This document shows positions 1-10,811 of a stretch of 64,000 bases of DNA, one piece after another. This DNA is from Candidatus Poribacteria bacterium. GTDB taxonomy: Bacteria > Poribacteria > WGA-4E > WGA-3G. Position numbers and translations under genes: made by a program. Location of the stretch: positions 2,656,001-2,720,000 of the forward strand of contig OZ242029.1 of the NCBI GenBank assembly GCA_965205015.1. The letters are read 5' to 3'. How positions within the stretch are numbered: position 1 is the first letter of the stretch; each line of letters begins with the position of its first letter. The notes under the pieces are model-generated. The model searched no databases. It saw only the letters and a program-made list of their open reading frames with translations, and was not told the origin of the DNA.

Positions 1-990
1 GACCTCGTTTCAAATGGACGTGTAGAGTGGGGCACGGGGGAATCTGCCTCGCGTATGGAACTCGATGGGTTTAACGTCGATCCGAAATGTAAGCGCGAGA
101 TGTGGGCGGAATGCACGCGTGAAACGGCGAAAATGATGAGCCAATCGCCTTACGCAGGGTATGACGGGCAGTATTTTTCGATGCCGACCCGCAACGTCGT
201 TCCAAAACCGTTGCAGACCCCACACCCTCCCCCGTGGGTCGCCTGTTCCAGTCGTGATAGCCTGCGATACGCCGCCAGATACGGGCTTGGTGCGTTAACC
301 TTTGCATTTGTCGATGCAAACGAAGCAAAATTCTGGGTGGAAGAGTATTATGAGATTTTTGAAAAGGAGTGTGAACCTTTGACGCAGCGGGTGAACCCGA
401 ACATCGCCATGGTGTCAGGCTTTTCGTGCCATGACGATGAAGAGACTGCCATCGCCCGCGGTTTAGAGGGTTTGCGTTTCTTCCGATTTGGGCTCGCACA
501 TTACTATCACAACGGCTCTCAAATACCGGGAGAAACGGATATTTGGCAGTTATATAAACAGACACCACAGGATCCAGCTGAAGGTAGAGCAGGGATCGGC
601 ACACCAGACCAAGTCCGTGAACACTTAGAGATAATGGAAGACGCTGGCGTGGACCAAGTTGTCTTCATTCAGCAGGCTGGCGCGAACCGTCATGAGGATA
701 TAATGGAATCGTTGGAACTGTTTGCTGAACGCGTACTCCCAGATTTTAAAGCGCGAGATGCAGGACACGTTGAGAAAAAAGATGAGCGGCTCGCTGCAGC
801 GACCGAGAGAGCGGAAGAACGAAAACCGGCTTTAACATCCCTCAGCGAAATCCCAACCGTGGATTCCTATCCTGTTCTCAGGCGAAAATTAGAGGAGAAA
901 ACGGAAGAAACCGATGCCAATGAGATGAGCGACGATGGCGAAAAGTTTTTGTTGTCAATTGAGGGCGGCAAGCGAATTTCTAACGATTGA
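1..990 (+). CDS. LLM-class (luciferase-like) flavin-dependent monooxygenase, 5' truncated by window edge
   Basis: Frame open from base 1 (DLVSNGRVEWGTGES...); VVPKPLQTPHPP and GTPDQVRE..L...GVD motifs typical of LLM family. Confidence 0.85.
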   Translation, partial: DLVSNGRVEWGTGESASRMELDGFNVDPKCKREMWAECTRETAKMMSQSPYAGYDGQYFSMPTRNVVPKPLQTPHPPPWVACSSRDSLRYAARYGLGALTFAFVDANEAKFWVEEYYEIFEKECEPLTQRVNPNIAMVSGFSCHDDEETAIARGLEGLRFFRFGLAHYYHNGSQIPGETDIWQLYKQTPQDPAEGRAGIGTPDQVREHLEIMEDAGVDQVVFIQQAGANRHEDIMESLELFAERVLPDFKARDAGHVEKKDERLAAATERAEERKPALTSLSEIPTVDSYPVLRRKLEEKTEETDANEMSDDGEKFLLSIEGGKRISND

Positions 991-1010
991 ATCTGGTTAT
1001 GGTAAAAAAA

Positions 1011-2438
1011 ATGAAGAACGTATTGGTAATTGACGACGACGAAAAAATCTGTTGGGCATTCGAGCAATTCTTAGAAAGCGAAGGCTATCGTCCGAGTATT
1101 GCGAATAATGCTGAGGAAGGTTTACGCCGCATTGCAGCCGATAAGCCAGATGTCGTCTTACTTGATGTGAAATTGCCGGGGATGAGCGGTCTGGAGGCGT
1201 TAGGCGCGATTAAAGAGCACCACCCGTGGGTGATAGTGGTTATCATCACGGCGTATGACGATGTAGAGACAACAATAGAAGCGATGCGTTTGCAGGCGTT
1301 CGATTTCGTTCCAAAACCGATTGATCTGGATATCGTCAAGAGCGTCCTGGAGCGTGCTTTCCGGACACAATCCGTCCGAAGTGCTTTGCCTGTGGAAACA
1401 GCAGACGCATTGCCCTCTACGGAGATTGGTCACCGATTGGTTGGAAAAAGTAGCCAGATGCGCGAAATCTACAAACTCATCGGAATCATGGCAAGCAACA
1501 CAATGACTGTGCTGATCGAGGGCGAAACGGGAACAGGCAAAGATCTGGTTGCGCGTGCAATCCACACAGGTAGTCCACGGAAGGAGGCACCCTTCGTCCC
1601 TGTTGATTGTGGCGCTCTCCCTGATGAACTCTTAGAGAGCGAATTGTTTGGTTACGAAGCGGGAGCGTTCACGGGTGCGAAATCAGAAGGGAAACCCGGA
1701 CGATTTGAATTGGCGAATGGTGGCACGCTTTTTCTGGATGAAGTCAGCAATATGACCCCAACATTGCAGGTGAAGCTGCTTCGCGCTTTGCAAACACAAG
1801 AGATTGAGCGGTTGGGTGGCACGCGACAGCTTAAGGTAGATGTCCGTGTCATTGCTGCCACGAATCAGGAACTCAGTGAGATGGTGAAACGAGGGCAGTT
1901 TCGCGAGGATCTCTACTACCGTTTCAAGCGCATCGCGCTTCATCTTCCCCCGTTACGGGAACGTCAAGAGGACATTCCGCTACTGATTACACATTTCCTG
2001 AAACTCGCTCAGGAGGAACTCGGTAAACCCATTTGGGGCATCTCTGAAGAAGGGATGAAATTGCTACAAGACTACCCCTGGCCCGGCAACGTTCGAGAGT
2101 TGGAAAACTGCCTTAGAAGTGCGGCGACGCTTTGTCGGGCAGATGTGATTCTTCCTGATGATCTGCCGTTAGAAATTCGGACAGGACATCGGATGGATTC
2201 TACCAGTACCTCACAACTGGAAGTATCCCTAAAATCTGTTTTACAAGACATTACAAAAGAGGCTATCACGCAAAAGAAACGGGGACTTTACGAGGAGGTT
2301 GTCGCTCTGTTAGATAAAGCACTTATTGAACTGATATTAGATGAATTTTCGGGTAACCACAGTAAAACAGCGGAATTGCTCGGGATGAGCCGAACGACCC
2401 TTTTAAAAAAGATTAAACAGAGGGATAACGGGCAATAG
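1011..2438 (+). CDS. NtrC-family sigma-54 response regulator
   Basis: Receiver (VIDDD, LLDVKLP, KP), Walker [16 protein letters not shown]-terminal HTH; start could be 999. Confidence 0.92.
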   Translation: MKNVLVIDDDEKICWAFEQFLESEGYRPSIANNAEEGLRRIAADKPDVVLLDVKLPGMSGLEALGAIKEHHPWVIVVIITAYDDVETTIEAMRLQAFDFVPKPIDLDIVKSVLERAFRTQSVRSALPVETADALPSTEIGHRLVGKSSQMREIYKLIGIMASNTMTVLIEGETGTGKDLVARAIHTGSPRKEAPFVPVDCGALPDELLESELFGYEAGAFTGAKSEGKPGRFELANGGTLFLDEVSNMTPTLQVKLLRALQTQEIERLGGTRQLKVDVRVIAATNQELSEMVKRGQFREDLYYRFKRIALHLPPLRERQEDIPLLITHFLKLAQEELGKPIWGISEEGMKLLQDYPWPGNVRELENCLRSAATLCRADVILPDDLPLEIRTGHRMDSTSTSQLEVSLKSVLQDITKEAITQKKRGLYEEVVALLDKALIELILDEFSGNHSKTAELLGMSRTTLLKKIKQRDNGQ

Positions 2439-2477
2439 ATAGAAGCGATTTCTCGATCGCGATAGGAAGTCAACATC

Positions 2478-3194
2478 ATGCAGCCTTGGATTCGGATTGC
2501 ACACCGGGGGGCATCGGGAAGTGCCCCAGAAAATACAATCGCGGCATTCAAAAAGGCGATCGAAATTGGTGTGGATGCGGTTGAGCTTGATTTACACGGG
2601 ACCGCTGATGGTGAGGTCGTCGTGATACACGACGCGTCTTTAGATCGAACGACAAATCAGTGTGGACGTGTCAATCAAACCACTTTAGAAACGATTCAAC
2701 GTGCTGATGCTGGCGGGTGGTTCGCCCCCGAATTTGTTGGTGAACCTGTGCCGACGCTTGTAGAGGCACTGGAATGCATCGCAAAGAAAACAATTGCCGT
2801 TTTAGAAATTAAAGACCCTTTGATAGCGGAGGCAGTCGTTGCCGGAATCCGCGAGACCCAGACACAAGATCTCACCGTTATTATCTCCTTCCATATCCCC
2901 GTTTTAGAGACTGTTCGTTCGTTAGAGCCGCGCATTCCAACGGGATGGCTCATCGGAAATCACGGCAGCCCTGCCTCTCCTGTAGAATTGTGCCAGCAAC
3001 TGGGGCAACTCGGCAGCAACCTACTGAACGTCAATCACCAACTGATTACAGCGGAATTCGCTTACGAAGTCCAACGACGCGGTATTGCACTCTGGTGTTG
3101 GACTGTCGACGATGTCGTCCGTATGCGCGAAATGAAGGCATTCGGCGTACAAGGTATCACCTCAAATTGCCCTGAACATTTTGCCAAGGTTTAG
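2478..3194 (+). CDS. Glycerophosphodiester phosphodiesterase
   Basis: IAHRGAS..PENT, ELDL, VVIHD, WTVDD motifs. Confidence 0.92.
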   Translation: MQPWIRIAHRGASGSAPENTIAAFKKAIEIGVDAVELDLHGTADGEVVVIHDASLDRTTNQCGRVNQTTLETIQRADAGGWFAPEFVGEPVPTLVEALECIAKKTIAVLEIKDPLIAEAVVAGIRETQTQDLTVIISFHIPVLETVRSLEPRIPTGWLIGNHGSPASPVELCQQLGQLGSNLLNVNHQLITAEFAYEVQRRGIALWCWTVDDVVRMREMKAFGVQGITSNCPEHFAKV

Positions 3195-3225
3195 TCCGTC
3201 ATGGGAGTTGAACACTGATACGTGG

Positions 3226-4860
3226 CTATTGCACTCGGATGATTCGGCGTCCTGTGAAAGTTTGACCAAACATGTCAGTTGTACGGACGTGAATAACGTG
3301 CGTTCCTTTGCGGGCATTCGCTGGGAGTTTTGCTTGCCAGATATGCGATGATTTTGTAATCCCGCTCAGTGGACGTCCCCTTTGGGGTAGTTCGCCATTT
3401 TCCTTCAACTCTGACTTGATTGTTTCTCGAAGGGCGATATGCAGTTTCTGCTCAAGGTGGTTCGTATCGTCTCGTGCCTTAAGTGCTTTATAGTATGGGT
3501 CTTCCTGAGGCATATAGGTCATCGGGATCCATTCTCCGGCTTCGTCCAGACGGAACTCAACCGTTGAGCGTTTGGTGCCTCCAAAAACGTTAACGATGAC
3601 ATCTGTTGTGCCGGTGTCTGTAGAGACGACTTCCCAAGGTGCCCATATATTCATCTGATAATCCGCTGGACGACGGGCGGCTTTAAACCGGATCGAATAT
3701 TGATTTCCACTGAATGTGAAAATGCCATATCCGTTTGGGGCACCATCTCGCATGGTTGTGTGGGGAATACCGATTTCATCAAGCGTACCCCGCCACCAAC
3801 TGCCTGATGTGGTCGCGTGATTGTGGTGATGATGTGGGGCATCTCCATGCCAACCGTGGTCCGGTCCGACGAAATCATCTCGTTGGAAGTGCGTGTGTGC
3901 TGACAGGGATAACGTGTAGGGTCGATCGCCGAGTAGGTTCATCAATTGCTTCACATCACGCATCTCAGTCAACGGGATATGTAGGGATACAACAACGAGC
4001 TGCTCTTTCGGTACGAAAGCGAGGTCGTTTCGAATGAACGTCAGCTGCCGTTCTCCGACCTCACTCAAATAGCGAGGCTTATCCTCCTCATCGCGGTGAA
4101 AATACACGTTGTCGATGTTGATGAAATGAACGGGTCCCCAATCAAATGAATAACACGCGGGTCCATAAACACGTTCGAAGGTCTCATCAGCGTACCGGTC
4201 ATCCGTAGCAAGGAAATTCATATCGTGGTTACCGTGGACGTTGTACCAGGGTATTCCGACGGTAGCCATCACTTCGTTGAGTGGGTGGAATAGGTTTAGA
4301 TCGTCACCCACCAAATCGCCAAGGCTGAGTCCGAACACTGCATCAATGCCAATAACTTCTTCAATCACATCATGTGCTAACCACTCAATCTCTTGCATAT
4401 TATAGGGTTGTGTATCCCCGAAGACAAGGACCTTGAAGGTATCCGCCTCAGGCTGTTCAGTGAGTGGAAAATCAACCGATTCTGGTAATGGACCGGTGGG
4501 TCCGATGCCTGCGTACTTGAGTCCTTCAGGTGAACCGTGCGGTTTGTGAATGTAATAAAACCGCGGGAGACGATTTTCATCAACGGGTGTCATAAACCCG
4601 CGAGGCTTAATAACAAAAAGAATAGTGTCATCGCTGACTGGGAGTGAATAGTGTCCATTGGCATCGGTCTTTACAATATCCTGCCCGTTTGAAACGCGAA
4701 CCCCAGGCACCCCTTTCTCGGTATCGTCCTTCACCTGATTTCTGTTTGTATCCAGAAATACAGTGCCAGTTGCTGTTAAATTTGCTGCGACACTGGTTCC
4801 AATCCAGCAAAAAATTAAGATGACGATTAAAACCACACGATTCCATTGCTTGTAAATCAT
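3226..4860 (-). CDS. Secreted calcineurin-like metallophosphoesterase
   Basis: Signal peptide; GDTQ, GDLVGD, GNHD, AHTH metal-binding motifs. Confidence 0.88.
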   Translation of the reverse strand: MIYKQWNRVVLIVILIFCWIGTSVAANLTATGTVFLDTNRNQVKDDTEKGVPGVRVSNGQDIVKTDANGHYSLPVSDDTILFVIKPRGFMTPVDENRLPRFYYIHKPHGSPEGLKYAGIGPTGPLPESVDFPLTEQPEADTFKVLVFGDTQPYNMQEIEWLAHDVIEEVIGIDAVFGLSLGDLVGDDLNLFHPLNEVMATVGIPWYNVHGNHDMNFLATDDRYADETFERVYGPACYSFDWGPVHFINIDNVYFHRDEEDKPRYLSEVGERQLTFIRNDLAFVPKEQLVVVSLHIPLTEMRDVKQLMNLLGDRPYTLSLSAHTHFQRDDFVGPDHGWHGDAPHHHHNHATTSGSWWRGTLDEIGIPHTTMRDGAPNGYGIFTFSGNQYSIRFKAARRPADYQMNIWAPWEVVSTDTGTTDVIVNVFGGTKRSTVEFRLDEAGEWIPMTYMPQEDPYYKALKARDDTNHLEQKLHIALRETIKSELKENGELPQRGRPLSGITKSSHIWQAKLPANARKGTHVIHVRTTDMFGQTFTGRRIIRVQ

Positions 4861-4982
4861 ACAAATCCCCTTTTGGTATCAGCGCATTGCGTGATGTTTT
4901 TTGATAGACTTCATTATTATAACATACAGGCGTTACAGAGTGCTAACATTTCCGTGGCATTTTCGTAAATATCATCATATCT

Positions 4983-6350
4983 TTATCTCCTCTGCCAAAA
5001 AGCAAACGCAATATACACAAGAATTGGGTAAGACAACAACGCTGTTGACCAAGCGATTCCCTCTAATCCCCAATACTGCATGAAGAACCAATTGAGAACG
5101 GGGTTTAGGATTAGCCTGATAAGTGTTGCTGTGACAACGGTCGGGTGTGCCTGGCGTGCGAGATGTGCACGGATTAGTACGCGACTGATTAAACGTGGGA
5201 GCATCCCGAGTAGGTAGATACCCAGCAACGCAGCGATATGCGCCTGTCCTGCCTCGGACAATTCGCCGTGTCCATATAACAGTGTAACAATGTCCACTCG
5301 GAAAAGGTAAAAGCCTATCAGGAACGGGACCATCAAGATGAGTAGTACAACGACGCTTCGCCAGACACTTCGCTGTAACTGGGTCCCATTAGGAGGAACC
5401 TCCGATTCCCGACCTGTTTTTAAACCCTTCTCGGCTTGCGAATCGGCGGACGATATCCTTGCCCAATGCGAAAGTAAAACTGGAAGCGTTACACCCGTGA
5501 GTGTTTCAGGGATTGCACACAGACGGAGTGCATAATCTAATTTGGAGACGGAACTTGCTCCCAATGAACTTGCCATACCTCTGTCGACGACTGGGTTTAA
5601 CCCGTCTGAGATCGCTGCGCCCATCATCAGCAGACATTGCCGCAGGAATTGCGTTGTGTACGATGTTTTCTGCCAATTGCGTTTAAGATGACGGACGGGT
5701 AAATTTAGGACAGCGCAGCATCGCCGAAACAGGACAATCAGTTGAAACAGTTCACCCATAATCAAGGCAAGTGGAATGCTCAACCACATCAGAAACGGCT
5801 TGCAGAGGTATATCACACCGATGACAAGGATAGCACGGAGTCCCTGTACAATGACCGGTAGGTGAAACGCTTGGTAGGTGTCTAAGATCGCCTTAAGCAT
5901 CCAGCGAGCTGCGGCGATAATCGCAAAACACAGAAATCCACCCACGATGCCGATTGTCGTAGACGGTGGAAGCCCCGCGCTCGGTAAAAACAGTTGGGAA
6001 ATCAACCATGAAAGGAGGACGAGGAGGCAGCAGAGTCCCGGCATGAAGAGGATATATAGGGAAAAGATCGATTGTACACACTGTTGTGCCTCGGTCTCGC
6101 CTTTCGCACGAGCTTCCGCTAACATCGGGACGAGGACAGAATAGGCGGAAGCGGCACTGAGCAATTCAATCAGGAATACGGCGATGCCCCAGTAATAGTA
6201 GATAAAATCCATCTCTGCCGGGTCGCCGAACCAGTTGGCGAGAACAACGTAGATAAGAAGGGTTCCCGCACGTCCAATCAGACTCAGCGGTGTCAGAATA
6301 AGGACGTTCTTGAGGAGAGAGGCTTCGGATTGGGAGGCATGAGTGGACAT
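4983..6350 (-). CDS. MurJ/MviN-like MOP flippase
   Basis: Polytopic membrane protein; VDRGMASSLG..SVSKLDYA.RL..IP pattern. Confidence 0.75.
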   Translation of the reverse strand: MSTHASQSEASLLKNVLILTPLSLIGRAGTLLIYVVLANWFGDPAEMDFIYYYWGIAVFLIELLSAASAYSVLVPMLAEARAKGETEAQQCVQSIFSLYILFMPGLCCLLVLLSWLISQLFLPSAGLPPSTTIGIVGGFLCFAIIAAARWMLKAILDTYQAFHLPVIVQGLRAILVIGVIYLCKPFLMWLSIPLALIMGELFQLIVLFRRCCAVLNLPVRHLKRNWQKTSYTTQFLRQCLLMMGAAISDGLNPVVDRGMASSLGASSVSKLDYALRLCAIPETLTGVTLPVLLSHWARISSADSQAEKGLKTGRESEVPPNGTQLQRSVWRSVVVLLILMVPFLIGFYLFRVDIVTLLYGHGELSEAGQAHIAALLGIYLLGMLPRLISRVLIRAHLARQAHPTVVTATLIRLILNPVLNWFFMQYWGLEGIAWSTALLSYPILVYIAFAFWQRR

Positions 6351-6379
6351 GACGCAATTGAGGAAAGGCGTAAACGAAA

Positions 6380-7642
6380 CTACTCACGCACTTGACCGTC
6401 TCCGTAGACGATATACTTGTAAGTCGTCAGTCCTTCAAGTCCCATCGGTCCCCGGGAGTGGAGTTTTTGTGTGCTAATTCCGACCTCGGCACCTAATCCA
6501 AATTCATAGCCGTCCGTGAAGACGGTGCTTGCATTGACATAAACTGCGGCGGAGTCCACCTCTTTGAGAAACCGTTGCGCTGCGCTGTAACTTTCGGTGA
6601 TAATCGCATCGGAATGATGCGAACCGTAGGTTTCAATGTGGTCAATGGCGGTGTCCATGTCATCTACAACTCGAACGGATAAGATATAATCGAGGTATTC
6701 TGTCCGCCAGTCTTCTTCGGTTACGGGTTTCGCGGCGGGGTAAATCTGCTGTGTGCGTTCACACCCACGGATTTCAACATCCGCACCTTGCAACTTGTCA
6801 CAGAGAATGGGAAGGAAAGCCTCGGCAGCATCGGTATGGACGAGGAGTGTCTCTACGGCGTTGCAGACAGCAACCTTATAGCCAACTTTCGCATTCATGC
6901 AGATCTTGGTTGCCATATCAAGGTCGGCGGCTTCGTCAACGTAGATATGACAGATACCGTCGGCGTGTCCTAACACCGGAACATCGGATTTTTTCATCAA
7001 AAACTGGACGAATTCGTTGCTACCGCGTGGAATAATGAGATCAACGTCGTCTGGCAGTCGGATGAGTTCATACACCGCTTGTCGGTCGGTCGTGTTAACG
7101 AACTGAATGGCATCTGGCACACCTTCTGCGGTCGCTGTCTTGCTGAGGATATCCGCGAGTGTGGCGTTGGAGTGAATGGCTTCGGAGCCGCCTCGGAGGA
7201 TAACCCCGTTTCCGGACTTTATACAGAGTGCTGATACCTCAACAGTAACGTCGGGACGCGACTCATATACCACGGCGACAACACCGATAGGGACACGGAC
7301 TGTGCCGATTTTGAGCCCGTTGGGACGTTCCCCCATACTGATGACCGCGCCGATCGGATCCGGAAGTGCGGCAACTTGACGGAGATTGTCCACCATCCGT
7401 TCAATTTTCTGGTCGTCGAGTAGGAGACGTTGCATCAGTGGGGCAGCGAGTCCGGTTTTTTCCCCTTTTTCGAGATCAATACGATTCGCTTCCTGAATTT
7501 TGTCTTTCGAATCCTGCAGGCTTTCAGCCATCGCTAAAAGGGCGTGATTTCGGACATCGGCGGAACTTCGTGATAAAACACGCATCGCCGATTTCGCCTT
7601 TCGTGCTTGTGATTGGATCAATTCTTGGATGTTTTGGTTCAT
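6380..7642 (-). CDS. proA: Gamma-glutamyl phosphate reductase
   Basis: VPIGVV..YESRP, CNAVETLLVH, EVGISTQKLHSRGPMGL. Confidence 0.97.
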   Translation of the reverse strand: MNQNIQELIQSQARKAKSAMRVLSRSSADVRNHALLAMAESLQDSKDKIQEANRIDLEKGEKTGLAAPLMQRLLLDDQKIERMVDNLRQVAALPDPIGAVISMGERPNGLKIGTVRVPIGVVAVVYESRPDVTVEVSALCIKSGNGVILRGGSEAIHSNATLADILSKTATAEGVPDAIQFVNTTDRQAVYELIRLPDDVDLIIPRGSNEFVQFLMKKSDVPVLGHADGICHIYVDEAADLDMATKICMNAKVGYKVAVCNAVETLLVHTDAAEAFLPILCDKLQGADVEIRGCERTQQIYPAAKPVTEEDWRTEYLDYILSVRVVDDMDTAIDHIETYGSHHSDAIITESYSAAQRFLKEVDSAAVYVNASTVFTDGYEFGLGAEVGISTQKLHSRGPMGLEGLTTYKYIVYGDGQVRE

Positions 7643-7771
7643 ATTTAATAATTATTCCTTTAAATAAAAGGTTGTAATAAACACAGATTTCAGTATTCTA
7701 ACATACCGCTTGGAAAATTTTCAAGGCAGTTTAAAAATCCGATTTTCACCGGTCCTGTTTGGGAAATGGTA

Positions 7772-8935
7772 TCAGTCGAGTAATACCAAATTGTCTCGGT
7801 GTATGATTTCATCGTAATCACGGTAGCCGAGAATATTCTCAATATGTTTCGTATGTTTTCCTGCGAGTTTGGCAGTTTCTACGGCATTATAGTTTACCAA
7901 ACCGCGTGCGAATTCCGTGCCGTTTTCGGTGAGACACGAGACCGTATCGCTATAGTCAAAATTACCTTCAACGCGTCGGATGCCAGCAGGGAGTAGGCTT
8001 TTACCGCCTTGCACGAGGGCGTCCCGTGCGCCGTTATCCACGAAAAGTCTGCCTTTCGGTGGACGCGAATAGGCGATCCACCGTTTTCTTCCGGAGATGC
8101 GGGAGTTTGGGAGGAATAACGTTCCAAGAAGCTCACCTTTCAAGAGTCTCGTTACGACAAGGGGTTCCCGTCCGTGTGCCATTACCATCATCTCTCCGGA
8201 CCCGGTGACGATATCAGCGGCTTGCAATTTCGTCACCATCCCGCCAGTTCCACTCGTTGTGCCAGCGTGTCCTGCGGCTTCCCAAATTCCCTCTGAGAGG
8301 GTCGTAACGGTGTGTATCAATTCCGAGTTCGGATCGTGTCTGGGGTCTGCGGTGTAAAAACCAGCCTGATCTGAAAGGATAACGAGGAGTTGTGCTTGGG
8401 CGAGATTCGTTACGTAAGCAGAGAGGGTATCGTTATCACCGACCCGAATTTCGTCCACGGCGACGGTGTCGTTTTCGTTGATAATTGGGATCACACCGAG
8501 ATGTAGGAGGGCGCGGAGGGTATCGTTCATGCGGGTGTAGCGTTCCCGATTGGAGAAATCGTCGCGTGTGAGGAGCATGAGTGCGGCCTGTTGTCCGTAG
8601 TTACGAAATAGCGACTCATAAACTGCCATCAACTGGATCTGTCCAACAGCAGCGGCGGCTTGTAAGCGCGGTAGCGTCTGCGGACGTTGTTTCAGCCCGA
8701 GTTGGGGCCAACCCGCGGCGATTGCGCCGGATGTGACGAGAATAACCTCCACACCGTCCTCTTTAACGAGTGCTAAATCGTGGACGAGCCCATGGAGTGC
8801 ATCTTCGTTGAGGTGTGCGCCTTCCGAGATGGTGCTGCTACCAACCTTTACGACAATGCGCCTCACGTCTGCTAAGGCAGCACGCTGTTCAGTGGGATTG
8901 CATGGCTCGTGGGCTATAGGTGAACTCAAATTCAT
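7772..8935 (-). CDS. proB: Glutamate 5-kinase with PUA domain
   Basis: RIVVKVGSS, INENDTV, GDND, GTGGMVTKL, IHRDNLV; start may lie slightly downstream. Confidence 0.96.
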   Translation of the reverse strand: MNLSSPIAHEPCNPTEQRAALADVRRIVVKVGSSTISEGAHLNEDALHGLVHDLALVKEDGVEVILVTSGAIAAGWPQLGLKQRPQTLPRLQAAAAVGQIQLMAVYESLFRNYGQQAALMLLTRDDFSNRERYTRMNDTLRALLHLGVIPIINENDTVAVDEIRVGDNDTLSAYVTNLAQAQLLVILSDQAGFYTADPRHDPNSELIHTVTTLSEGIWEAAGHAGTTSGTGGMVTKLQAADIVTGSGEMMVMAHGREPLVVTRLLKGELLGTLFLPNSRISGRKRWIAYSRPPKGRLFVDNGARDALVQGGKSLLPAGIRRVEGNFDYSDTVSCLTENGTEFARGLVNYNAVETAKLAGKHTKHIENILGYRDYDEIIHRDNLVLLD

Positions 8936-10178
8936 CGATCCGAATGGTGTCTCCTTCGACTACACCTGCGCGTTCGAGTGCGTTAATCACGCCCATCTTT
9001 TTCAGTTTCCGGAAGAGTAGAATGAGGGCTTGCTCGTTTTCCATGTCGGTCATCAGGACAGCACGGCGAGGTTCTTCACCGCTGACAACAAACCCTTCGT
9101 GCGTCTCAGCGAGTTCAAACCGTGCGCGTGGCTCTGGAGGGAGTTCCTCTTCAAAGACAATCGACGTCTCCGCTTCTTTTCGGGCGCGTGTTTCAAGGTA
9201 TTGTAAGGAACGGTAGGCTTGCTGTATCAGGGGAGGCACGCCTGCGCCTGTAACTGCAGAGATGGGGAAGACCTTCCGCTTCCCGAAATATTTTTCGACG
9301 CGTTCCAAATTCGCTTCAGCGTCTGGCATGTCTATTTTATTCAGAGCAATGATTTGCGGGAGTTTTGTCAACAGTTCGTTGTAATGCCCCAATTCACGGT
9401 TGAGTTGCTCATAGTCCTCAATCGGATCCCGCCCATCTGTTGCATTCAGGTCGATGACATGGATAAGCATCTTGGTGCGCTCGATGTGTCGCAGAAATTG
9501 ATGTCCCAAGCCTGCCCCTTTGTGGGCGCCTTCTATCAATCCGGGGATGTCGGCGAGGACGAAATTCTGCTCTCGATTGATGCGGACCACCCCCAGATTC
9601 GGACGAAGGGTGGTGAACGGATAGGCGGCAATTTTCGGTGTCGCGGCAGAGGTTCGCGCCAGCAGGGTCGATTTACCGGCGTTCGGATAGCCGACCAAGC
9701 CGACATCAGCGATGAGTTTGACTTCAAGACTTATTTCGCGTTCTTCTCCGGGTTCCCCTTTTTCTGCGACGCGCGGTGCCTGAAAAGTGCTGCTCTTAAA
9801 ACGAGCATTGCCCTTACCACCAATGCCCCCACGAGCGACAACAACGGTTTCATCAAGTTCCGTCAGATCTGCAAGCAACTCGGTTGTGTCAAGGTCTCTG
9901 ACAATCGTACCGGCGGGAACTTTCACAATGCAATCCGGACCATCGGCGCCGTCTCGCTGCTTGCCGGTGCCGTGTCCACCGTTTTTAGCGATTTGACGTG
10001 GGTTATGGTGCAGATCGATCAATGTGCTCATCCCAGGGGTCGCTACGAGGCGGACATTTCCGCCGTTTCCGCCGTCCCCACCATCGGGACCCCCGCGAGG
10101 GACATATTTTTCCCGGCGGAAACTGATGCATCCGTTCCCGCCATCGCCTGCTTTGACTTGAATCCTTGCTGTGTCCAT
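8889..10178 (-). CDS. obgE: GTPase ObgE/CgtA
   Basis: Gly-rich Obg fold, GYPNAGKST, YPFTT, DIPG, NKID, C-terminal OCT domain. Confidence 0.97.
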   Translation of the reverse strand: MDTARIQVKAGDGGNGCISFRREKYVPRGGPDGGDGGNGGNVRLVATPGMSTLIDLHHNPRQIAKNGGHGTGKQRDGADGPDCIVKVPAGTIVRDLDTTELLADLTELDETVVVARGGIGGKGNARFKSSTFQAPRVAEKGEPGEEREISLEVKLIADVGLVGYPNAGKSTLLARTSAATPKIAAYPFTTLRPNLGVVRINREQNFVLADIPGLIEGAHKGAGLGHQFLRHIERTKMLIHVIDLNATDGRDPIEDYEQLNRELGHYNELLTKLPQIIALNKIDMPDAEANLERVEKYFGKRKVFPISAVTGAGVPPLIQQAYRSLQYLETRARKEAETSIVFEEELPPEPRARFELAETHEGFVVSGEEPRRAVLMTDMENEQALILLFRKLKKMGVINALERAGVVEGDTIRIDEFEFTYSPRAMQSH

Positions 10179-10196
10179 AGGTTACGTCCTTTAGAA

Positions 10197-10333
10197 GTAT
10201 CGGGGTAGGCACAAGGCTTCGAATTTAACATTTTTTAGTGCCTTCCGAGTGAAGCCTTTAGCGGTATCGGGATAGGCACGAGGTATCGGGATAGGCACGA
10301 GGTATCGGGGTAGGCACAAGGCCTACCCCTACA
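10197..10333. repeat. 19-nt tandem repeat ending in a GTAG-type REP hairpin
   Basis: GTATCGGGRTAGGCACRAG at 10197, 10264, 10283 and 10302; the last copy is completed by GCCTACCCCTACA. Confidence 0.8.
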
Positions 10334-10368
10334 GGCATCTATAATTCGTTGGCTGGTAACATCGTAGG

Positions 10369-10575
10369 TTAGAATATCTCGAAACCTGCCTCGGTTATTG
10401 CCTTTGTAAAATCTGAAGGGGTAACGCGCGAGGCATCGAAATGAACGACAGCCTCGGCTTTGCGTAGGTTTACCTTCGCGCGCCGAACGCCCGGAAGTTC
10501 TGTGAGGGCGTCAGTTACGGTTTTGACACAATGTTGACAAGACATCCCACCGATTTTTAATTTCGTTTTTTTCAT
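10369..10575 (-). CDS. CopZ-like heavy-metal chaperone (HMA domain)
   Basis: GMSCQHC motif, 68 aa. Confidence 0.9.
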   Translation of the reverse strand: MKKTKLKIGGMSCQHCVKTVTDALTELPGVRRAKVNLRKAEAVVHFDASRVTPSDFTKAITEAGFEIF

Positions 10576-10579
10576 AATT

Positions 10580-10759
10580 TTATACCTTTGTCGGAAAACT
10601 ATGTTTGCATGAGGGACAGGTTTGGGTGTGCGTCCGAATTGCCAGCCCACACGCAGGACAGATACGTTTCATCCGGAAACTTTCAACAAGACGAGACACA
10701 ATGACGATTCCTAAAAAAAGGATAATGAGAAAGGCTACTTCCCAAAAACCGATAGACAC
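10580..10759 (-). CDS. Small membrane-anchored zinc-ribbon protein (59 aa, not in ORF track)
   Basis: GGAG RBS + GTG; MSIGFWEVAFLIILFLGIVIV...CPACG...CPSCK; fills the nfo-copZ gap. Confidence 0.7.
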   Translation of the reverse strand: MSIGFWEVAFLIILFLGIVIVSRLVESFRMKRICPACGLAIRTHTQTCPSCKHSFPTKV

Positions 10760-10811
10760 TTTTTACACTCCGACGTTCTTTACAGGAAATCGAGTGAACC
10801 TGCAGACTGCG

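Noticed and set aside
9219-10208. 329-aa plus-strand ORF
   Set aside because: Antisense shadow of obgE with no recognisable motifs.
10264-10333. CRISPR array
   Set aside because: Spacer-less 19-nt tandem duplication of a REP half.
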